The notes beneath the pieces were generated by a model. It was not told the DNA's origin. It made no database searches and saw only the letters and a list, made by a program, of their open reading frames with translations. From the IMG/VR virus record IMGVR_UViG_3300032030_002018: a stretch of 64,000 nucleotides of DNA; one strand, given 5' to 3'. Positions within the stretch are counted from its first letter, which is position 1. Every line of letters starts with the position of its first letter. The translations under genes were made by a program, and so were the position numbers. Source of the stretch: a virus. Its lineage: Duplodnaviria; Caudoviricetes. Positions 58,101 to 64,000 of the stretch are shown here, one piece after another.

Positions 58101-58492
58101 AAAACACACACAACCATATCCGTGTTACCTTCAGGAGTTGTTTTTTCAAACTTTGCTGTCACAACCCAAGCTGGACCTGCATTATAACCACAAAGACCAA
58201 GAACTCTGACAACCTCCAATTGCTTAGATTCAGTCAGATAAGACTTTGCGATGTAAGGCAACTCGTATTTTGGGTAAAGAGTACCCTTGTATTTTTCGGT
58301 GCTTGTACCTCCAAACATAGATGTGAATTCTCTCCAATTCTCAATATGCATAGGCTGAAAAGCCGGACCCTTGATTGTCTCACCAACAACACCAAGTGTA
58401 GTGATACCAAGACTCTTTACAGCATATGTCATATCAATCTCCCTTGAATAAACACCCGGGGATACGTGAACACCTCTTGCGTTATCTGCCAT
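55166..58492 (-). CDS. Tail sheath protein (T4 gp18-like)
   Basis: VSPGVYSREID N-terminus; PWFAPAG..RG, INPV, IWGQKNLQ, LNRIAVRRLL, FEPND. Confidence 0.95.
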   Translation of the reverse strand: MADNARGVHVSPGVYSREIDMTYAVKSLGITTLGVVGETIKGPAFQPMHIENWREFTSMFGGTSTEKYKGTLYPKYELPYIAKSYLTESKQLEVVRVLGLCGYNAGPAWVVTAKFEKTTPEGNTDMVVCVLRSRGKYYPYRKFTLNDGSCECPNDVYDSLVYDVGEVKQGDDACQKPKMYNGGALALAPYNPLYSTGNECEDASFVNEEGDFNVSINNWGKFKVIGVTGIQSACTDPTSEDFKNLPGYFEYPVSLNPNDKDFILNVLGTNPQDGDAPVYVEKLYDVALYQCIANSGTTHVNAINPELTFYQVYYESDYCGLEPITGLMTEPETALSRRNIGQRFLATEDSIKDGIKFTCHPYNYETNTPVTSGETKELVVESVEIGQIYTVVQYTTEDGKREYFYRYYKDGLPTPVSACPITLIDHLQYGKNYWETKDPYNQMVIVKNESDGLYYRLVPIVEEPSLPDDYVIGFVNCNLNNYKSAYRYASTPWIVSNLKGDFDKIELNKLFRFHTISDGDNANKEIKISIENILPDEGLFDVVVRRIDDIDFNIIPLEKFSKCSLVPGTNNYIAFKIGSYDGMYESKSKYITVEVNENGVTESSIPAGFLGYPIHQYDGLQVVDDSYSGITNPIIKYNLNFDDEIKNRKQYFGLSDITGVDIDLFTFNGNLTYIDVPENTSNGFHLDSRLNISGYKNDKQDKKYPTVSVDGVLGYKFDAVSPNNTTTLLTEIPVIGNEAMMQGSIYEYVNLRKFTVYFYGGFDGWDVYRNQRSNTDDFKMSKYRGSYNKASGEGYSFNKIKNPDVLGLNQNGITSDWYAYLSAIRQFANPEATDINILATPGIDYVNNKLLVEEVIDMVENERADSIYVVTTPDKPSGAEDFVDDMFTAEDAVYNLEDSELNSNYTCTYYPWVKYFDVDNSQYIYLPVTKDAVRNFAQTDNTTYPWFAPAGLSRGDVECVRAKYITRLADEDVLYEGRINPVKTFATDGVKIWGQKNLQFADTQLNRIAVRRLLLRMRKLVAIACRSLIFEPNDSVTKNQFLTAVTPILDNIRSNRGISDYKIEVDDTIEARDRRELPAKIFFKPYNALEYVTIDFVLTPEGLFFDQQ

Positions 58493-58623
58493 AATATTTA
58501 TCTGTTTTTAAAATTATTATTTTCAAAAAATTATTTTATTATAAATACAACCAAATTTCCGTAAATACCATAAAAATCAAAAAATAAAACAATTTTTTTC
58601 ACATTTCAACCACCATTTTTCGT

Positions 58624-58650
58624 TTAGTTTAATAATTATTATTAAACTAA
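58624..58650. promoter_or_regulatory. 27-bp palindrome (13-1-13) upstream of a leader-family gene; copy at 63928-63954
   Basis: TTAGTTTAATAAT-t-ATTATTAAACTAA. Confidence 0.75.
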
Positions 58651-58660
58651 TGAAATTATT

Positions 58661-59140
58661 ATGAGAAAAAATAGAATTAAACTAACAGAATCACATCTGA
58701 GAAGAATAGTATTGGAATCTGTGAGAAGAGTACTGATGGAAGGAGAATATGACGACGAAATTTTCGACAATGTTCATAAATTCCCTGAATATGATATACA
58801 CCATTCGCTAAAATCCGACATAAATAGGCTCAAAGATTCTTATGATGATAATCTTGACGGTATTGGAAGGACAGTCCACGGAAGTTTTATTAACGATGAG
58901 GGTGATGAGGATTATGATTATGTTGATGAATACTATCCATCTACGCCTGAAGCTAAATCATATTATGACTATGCTAACAGGGTTGGAAATAGAAGTAGTA
59001 GAAGAAAAGAAGATATGGATGCGGATTTTAGAGAATTGGACAGAATTCGTGCGGATAAAGCTTACAATGACAGATTAGAAAGAGAAAAAGTAAGACGTGG
59101 TGAATATTTCGACCCAACATATCAACGTCATATAAACTAA
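58661..59140 (+). CDS. LTESDL-leader family protein, Asp/Tyr-rich payload
   Basis: Starts MRKNRIKLTESHLRRIVLESVRRVLME; terminator hairpin at ~59165-59193. Confidence 0.78.
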   Translation: MRKNRIKLTESHLRRIVLESVRRVLMEGEYDDEIFDNVHKFPEYDIHHSLKSDINRLKDSYDDNLDGIGRTVHGSFINDEGDEDYDYVDEYYPSTPEAKSYYDYANRVGNRSSRRKEDMDADFRELDRIRADKAYNDRLEREKVRRGEYFDPTYQRHIN

Positions 59141-59232
59141 TGAAATCATTGAATTATAAATAATAAATAAGCAGTCAGAAATGGCTGCTTATTTTATGTA
59201 TTTTCACTTTTTAAACTAATCGAAAAAATGCT

Positions 59233-59460
59233 CTAAATTGCTAAAAAAATGTCCTCATTGTCTAATTTTTTCTTATATTCGTCAAGTTCCTCAACTGTAT
59301 GATTATTGGAATATTCTGCAAGTGAATCGAAATATATTGAAGTGATATCAGATATCTTTTTCAACTTAACCATATCAGATATTGATAATCCTTCACTTAC
59401 GTTTTTCATATATTCCATCTCTTTTTGTATCAAATCATTAATTTTCATCTTTTTTTTCAT
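59233..59460 (-). CDS. Small hypothetical protein
   Basis: 75-aa ATG ORF. Confidence 0.5.
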   Translation of the reverse strand: MKKKMKINDLIQKEMEYMKNVSEGLSISDMVKLKKISDITSIYFDSLAEYSNNHTVEELDEYKKKLDNEDIFLAI

Positions 59461-59538
59461 AAAAATTGTTAAAAAAACCTAATTTTGCAATATTTATTAA
59501 CGGAAGAGAATTTTTAATTGATAAAATAATTTATAAAA

Positions 59539-59748
59539 ATGGGCTGCTGTTGTTTAATTGTGATATTAATGTTGTCAATCATCATAATGATGATTGCCTT
59601 GGCGTTGCTTATGGCTTTTGACACGTCCAAGCTGAACATTTATGATAAGATACGCATCAGGTACATATTTCTAAACTCTATGGTATTCATATCTTTCATA
59701 TGGATAACATTCGGCGTGATTGAAATAGTGAGGATAATTATAAGTTAA
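59539..59748 (+). CDS. Small two-TM membrane protein
   Basis: Two hydrophobic segments; late-type motif AATATTTATT at 59489. Confidence 0.5.
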   Translation: MGCCCLIVILMLSIIIMMIALALLMAFDTSKLNIYDKIRIRYIFLNSMVFISFIWITFGVIEIVRIIIS

Positions 59749-61052
59749 CCGCCAATCTCAATGATTTCCTCTGATACGTCAGCATCAAGTTCAGATTCCG
59801 GATTATTTCTGTCATCTAACACAACGTTAGGGTCATAGCCTATTATTGTCATTGTCCCGCCCTTATATTCATCATCAAATGACAGTTTTATCTTAACCTC
59901 ATCCCCATCATAAATCTTGACATCCTTATCAAAATCAACTTTCTCCTCATTCAAGAACATAAGGAAATCATATATGTTCTCAGTTTCAATTGAAGTCACA
60001 ACCATATCTGTGTCCATAGTGAAAGTCAACTCTTTCTCACAATTAGGTATGGTTATCAATACAGTAAGTTTCTTGTTATAATAATGACTATCATCACTAT
60101 CCTCCTCGTAACAACAAGAATCTGGTATCTCGTCCTCCTTCAATACAACATTTGGTCTTCCATTGTTAATGTCAGAAATCTCTTTCACATCACATACGTC
60201 AACATTACCATACATCTCAATATCAGTTATCTTGCCATAATCACTTCCAAGGTCATACCTACTGTCTCTCTTGCTTGGTATCTTCTTTCCATCACCGTCG
60301 TAAACATCAAGAAACCTAACAATCATCCTTGAAGGCAAATGAGTGACCTTAAAGTCCTCTTTCCTTATGATATAACCCATTAACTTTATCGTGTAAGTCT
60401 GAGAATAAAACTTCCTGTCATCAATCGAATATTCAGACTCATCAGATATTGAATCCAACGTCATAGGCATAGAATGACCATTTGGGAATATATAACACTC
60501 CAAACCACTGAACTCATAGTTAATCTTCTCATTGAATCTGTTCAATAACTCATACTTGTTACACACAAAATTCAATGTATATACAAAATTAACTGCGAAC
60601 GGCTGTTTCATTGAATATAAATCATAAGCCTCCTCACCATTCTCCTGCAATACAGGAACATAAAACATAGCAAAATCCTTATGACCAGGAATATTATAAG
60701 AACCACCCTGACTCTCTCCGTGTTGAGGGTTGTTCTCCCTCGTTATCGTCTTGAAATTCATAACAATATTACCAGTTTCATCAAGATTCTCCCAAGTCTG
60801 AGAATACTCATTTATCCTCTGATTGGAAAATAAACGATACGTAGGTATCTCCTTACCATTATAAGACAAAGACAACTCCTTTTCAACCCAATTGAAAAAA
60901 GTCTGGTCAATATCCTCATACGTAATAGGCAATGGAAAAGGAGTACCCCTTTCCAATATAATCTTAGACATATTACGCCTTCTCTCTTCCCCAAAGGCGT
61001 GATTCCTCAATCTTAATCGATTCAAATATGGTTTAGGCTGTATTAATTCCAT
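59745..61052 (-). CDS. Tail terminator / sheath stabilizer-like structural protein
   Basis: EDID..F..WV, QPFAVNFVY, ISDESEYSIDDRKFY; located between tube and sheath genes; likely start MELIQ at 61052. Confidence 0.55.
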   Translation of the reverse strand: MELIQPKPYLNRLRLRNHAFGEERRRNMSKIILERGTPFPLPITYEDIDQTFFNWVEKELSLSYNGKEIPTYRLFSNQRINEYSQTWENLDETGNIVMNFKTITRENNPQHGESQGGSYNIPGHKDFAMFYVPVLQENGEEAYDLYSMKQPFAVNFVYTLNFVCNKYELLNRFNEKINYEFSGLECYIFPNGHSMPMTLDSISDESEYSIDDRKFYSQTYTIKLMGYIIRKEDFKVTHLPSRMIVRFLDVYDGDGKKIPSKRDSRYDLGSDYGKITDIEMYGNVDVCDVKEISDINNGRPNVVLKEDEIPDSCCYEEDSDDSHYYNKKLTVLITIPNCEKELTFTMDTDMVVTSIETENIYDFLMFLNEEKVDFDKDVKIYDGDEVKIKLSFDDEYKGGTMTIIGYDPNVVLDDRNNPESELDADVSEEIIEIGG

Positions 61053-61222
61053 TATAACATTTTTTCTTATAAATACCACATAAAACAAAAAAAGCGTTCC
61101 AATTAAATAGAACGCTCTTTTATATATTCAAGTAAAAAATATATTACTATTTTAGTAACCCTAATTTTATGCAGTAAGAAATGTTTATTAAACCATTTTA
61201 TAACTGCTTGATAATCAAAGAA

Positions 61223-61711
61223 TTAGAATGCAAGTATAGCGTAATCAAACCGTAATGTAGCCTGTATGGTCGTTAAATCACTGGAAGAATAGTCCAGGTC
61301 ACCGAAGTTAACGTTGGTCAGCATTGTATTTTTAAGAATCCACTTTGAAACGACTACTCCTGTTGGGTCGAGCATTTCAAGTTCGATGTCTCTTTTATAT
61401 CCTGCTGCGTATCCTTGTCTACCGGTGACACTTTCAGAGTGAAGTCTTACCCATTCCATCAATGCTTGTGATGCTGATGGTCCAATTGGGTCACGGAAAG
61501 TTACTTGTATTGTATCCCATTTATATCTACCAACAACGTATGTTGATGTGTTCAGGAAAGGTATTTCCGTTTCATCTTGTGTGATTGAAGGTCTGGATGC
61601 GCTTGACAACCACCATTCCTGAACACCTAAATCTGCTGGGAACCTGAACAGCCATCTATTTTTTCTTAGCGGCTCAAAATCGAGCGGCATTTTCAAAAGT
61701 AAATCTGACAT
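61223..61711 (-). CDS. Tail tube protein (T4 gp19-like)
   Basis: EPLRKNRW, FRDPIGPSASQALMEW, GYAAGYKRD, FGDLDY, LRFDYA. Confidence 0.92.
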   Translation of the reverse strand: MSDLLLKMPLDFEPLRKNRWLFRFPADLGVQEWWLSSASRPSITQDETEIPFLNTSTYVVGRYKWDTIQVTFRDPIGPSASQALMEWVRLHSESVTGRQGYAAGYKRDIELEMLDPTGVVVSKWILKNTMLTNVNFGDLDYSSSDLTTIQATLRFDYAILAF

Positions 61712-61754
61712 ATCTATTTCTTTCTAAAAAAATTATTTTTAAATTAAACTGCCA

Positions 61755-62147
61755 TTAATCTCCGGCAGAATCATTTTCACTGACGGCTTTGTCACACATA
61801 AGCCATACCTTCTTATAAAACTGGTACATTTCAGAGTCAACGTCCTCGCAATATTCCTGAAGACCATCCAATGCAATTTCCCTAATCTGTGAGATTCTCT
61901 CGTCTTGTGCTGACAAGTCTTGTCCTTGCATTTCTTCGTCTTCTCCGCCATTTCTTTTCATTCCGCCACGTGGGTCTTGCATACCGCCATCCATTGGTGG
62001 TTGTCCTCCACGCATAGGCATTTCTTCCTGTGGCATATCTCCATATTCATCTGGGTAGTCGTAATCTTCCCAAAGTACGGACTCTGCTAAATATTTTTTG
62101 CCGAATGTCATAGCATCGAGCAAACTGTCAATATATCTCCTAGCCAT
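61755..62147 (-). CDS. Hypothetical acidic Met/Pro/Gly-rich protein
   Basis: First gene after the late motif at 62167; YLAE site then a low-complexity region. Confidence 0.6.
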   Translation of the reverse strand: MARRYIDSLLDAMTFGKKYLAESVLWEDYDYPDEYGDMPQEEMPMRGGQPPMDGGMQDPRGGMKRNGGEDEEMQGQDLSAQDERISQIREIALDGLQEYCEDVDSEMYQFYKKVWLMCDKAVSENDSAGD

Positions 62148-62233
62148 TAATATTTTGCTTTTTTAATATAAATACAATATTATAACAATTTTTAACAAAA
62201 AAAATCAAAAAATGAATTTATTTTTTATAAATG

Positions 62234-62578
62234 TTAATAATCAGCATCGTCTTCATCATAATCTCCGTCATTATATCCGGCGTTCATCAGTTCGTCGTAC
62301 AATGTCTCAAGATTTTGGTCTATTGTCATATCTGGGTCAACTTCTATTTCAACACCCATACAGGACATTGTGCCTGTATTTGGGTCATATGTAATATCTC
62401 CATATTCCCATTCACCTTCAGGATTCTTCATTTCAAAACCGTTAAGAAGTCCTTGACTTGAACGTTTGTCAATCATATCATTCCAATCATCATCAAAAGA
62501 TTCTTTTATAACTCTTCTTACCGATTTATTAACGATTCTTCTTATATCGTTCTCATTTAACCTTATTTTTCTTCTCAT
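62234..62578 (-). CDS. LTESDL-leader family protein (divergent leader), acidic payload
   Basis: Starts MRRKIRLNENDIRRIVNKSVRRVIKE. Confidence 0.75.
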   Translation of the reverse strand: MRRKIRLNENDIRRIVNKSVRRVIKESFDDDWNDMIDKRSSQGLLNGFEMKNPEGEWEYGDITYDPNTGTMSCMGVEIEVDPDMTIDQNLETLYDELMNAGYNDGDYDEDDADY

Positions 62579-62592
62579 ATTTTTTTATTTAA

Positions 62593-63333
62593 TCAAAAAT
62601 TATCTTCATCGTAATATTCATCATCGTAATCTTCGTCTTCATACTCATCCTCGTTGAGTATAGCGTCTGCTGTCTTATCCATAATGTCCTCAAAGACATC
62701 ATTAAGTCTCATACCTTCAAAACCTCTTTTATATCCATTGAACAATATATTATCGGAAACGCCTCGATAACAGTCCAATTGTTCGTCAAACCACACCTCT
62801 CCAAATTCGTCATCGTTAAAATAAACTGTATAACCTTCTGTAGAATTGTGGAATTCAGCAATATCTGGGTCTTCAACCATTGATAAGTCATATATATTCA
62901 ATCCGGCTTCTTCCCATTCTTCTTTCTCATCGCCTTCACCTTGTGAAGGGTCATAGAATATATGACCGCTTGCATCTTCTTTCAATATTCGGTTTACTGA
63001 ATTACGTATGATATTATGAATATCACTTTCAGTTAAAATTACTTTTCTCATATTATTATTGTTACTATTTTTATTTTCAGACAATTTTTCAATGTTTCTA
63101 ACAGCATCTATTATTTTATCCTTATTATTATCCAATAAATACTTAACCTGATTAATATTATACAACGAAATATTCGGTTTTCCGAAATATTCAGTTGTAA
63201 TAGGTTTAATTCCAAGATTTTGAAGCACCATATGTATATGATAAGGTGATATATCAACACCAAGTAATTTCTTGAACTGTTTTCTAAAATTACCAGCAGG
63301 CGCGTACATTTTATTTAATGTGTATCTATCCAT
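62593..63333 (-). CDS. Protein with an internal LTESDL leader (fusion, or nested start at 63051)
   Basis: Internal MRKVILTESDIHNIIRNSVNRILKE; acidic tail. Confidence 0.7.
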   Translation of the reverse strand: MDRYTLNKMYAPAGNFRKQFKKLLGVDISPYHIHMVLQNLGIKPITTEYFGKPNISLYNINQVKYLLDNNKDKIIDAVRNIEKLSENKNSNNNNMRKVILTESDIHNIIRNSVNRILKEDASGHIFYDPSQGEGDEKEEWEEAGLNIYDLSMVEDPDIAEFHNSTEGYTVYFNDDEFGEVWFDEQLDCYRGVSDNILFNGYKRGFEGMRLNDVFEDIMDKTADAILNEDEYEDEDYDDEYYDEDNF

Positions 63334-63335
63334 AA

Positions 63336-63878
63336 TTATGCTTTAAATTCAGATGTATCAACGGGTGCGCAGTTTATCGTTCTGTATAAAGGTGCTGTGC
63401 CAAACAACGTATGCGCATTGTCATAATAATTTCTTCCGTCATTTGTGACAGTAAAGAATTCCATATGTTCAGGCGTAACCTGTATGCCAATATAATCGCC
63501 AACTGTAATCTCAATACCAAGTTCAGTTAGAGTCTCCTGATATACACCAATTGTAAGTTTGCCTGTTTTCATATATGTACCGAGATTCTTCGTCTTGTCA
63601 TAAGACTTCAACTCTGGTTGTTCAATCTTATACACACAATGAAACTCAACAGGTGTTTTGAATACAACATCATTAACACTTTCACCATATACAGCGTCAA
63701 TATTGGTTTTTGATATGTCAACACGATACAACACAGCTGTCTGATTCATATCCTGTTCAACATAGTTCTTACCAATATCACGTTCAAACTTGAAAGAATC
63801 CTCACCATAAAACAATCTGTTTCTGTTAATCGGAACCCTCTGTATCTTATTTATGTTAAATTCAGGTGTTGATGCCAT
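63336..63878 (-). CDS. Neck/head-closure protein, T4 gp14-like
   Basis: LYRVD...DAVYGE...PVE...GDYIG pattern; late motif at 63895. Confidence 0.6.
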   Translation of the reverse strand: MASTPEFNINKIQRVPINRNRLFYGEDSFKFERDIGKNYVEQDMNQTAVLYRVDISKTNIDAVYGESVNDVVFKTPVEFHCVYKIEQPELKSYDKTKNLGTYMKTGKLTIGVYQETLTELGIEITVGDYIGIQVTPEHMEFFTVTNDGRNYYDNAHTLFGTAPLYRTINCAPVDTSEFKA

Positions 63879-63962
63879 TAATCAAAATTTTTAATATAAA
63901 TATATCGAAAATCCAATATTTTTTCGTTTAGTTTAATAATAATTATTAAACTAATGAAAATT

Positions 63963-64000
63963 ATGAGAAAAAATAGAATAAGATTAACTGAATCAGACTT
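63963..64000 (+). CDS. LTESDL-leader family protein (5' fragment; runs off window)
   Basis: ATG AGA AAA AAT AGA ATA AGA TTA ACT GAA TCA GAC = MRKNRIRLTESD, preceded by the same palindrome as 58661. Confidence 0.75.
   Translation, partial: MRKNRIRLTESD

Noticed and set aside
1-64000. Stop-codon recoding (TAG to Gln, as in Lak megaphages)
   Set aside because: Long structural and enzyme genes are intact under code 11, and TAG ends complete genes (e.g. metK at 24226).
17302-64000. Leader copies as a DNA-level mobile element (MITE/IS end) or DGR repeats
   Set aside because: Distant copies differ at synonymous sites; no terminal inverted repeats, transposase, reverse transcriptase or adenine-specific variation seen.
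1-64000. tRNA, rRNA or other structured RNA genes
   Set aside because: Intergenic spaces are short and AT-rich; only terminator-like hairpins were seen. A tRNAscan/Infernal run would be needed to exclude them fully.

Overview
AT-rich, densely coding segment of a large T4-like (contractile-tail) jumbo phage. Standard genetic code; most genes are on the minus strand. The host is probably a Bacteroidetes (Prevotella/Bacteroides-like) anaerobe, judging from TTTG-N19/20-TAnnTTTG promoters, a Bacteroidetes-style lipoprotein, a BspA-type LRR protein and class III RNR. The window holds baseplate, tail and neck genes, a replication/recombination/nucleotide module (helicase, 5'-3' exonuclease, RecA-like, SSB, tdk, nrdDG, metK), a glycosyltransferase cluster and a gp55-like sigma factor. 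The standout signal is a family of 8 coding regions that share a ~26-aa leader (M-K/R-rich-LTESDLHRIVNxSVKRhLxE) fused to unrelated payloads. All 7 complete copies end in an I/L-x-E motif like the T4 prohead protease site. Several sit in self-contained promoter-ORF-terminator cassettes, including a tandem duplication whose payload has been swapped. I infer a modular capsid-targeting/protein-delivery system. A putative late promoter (RTATTTATW, containing the reverse complement of the T4 late promoter) precedes structural genes and leader cassettes. All product calls come from motif recognition by eye; no database search was run.
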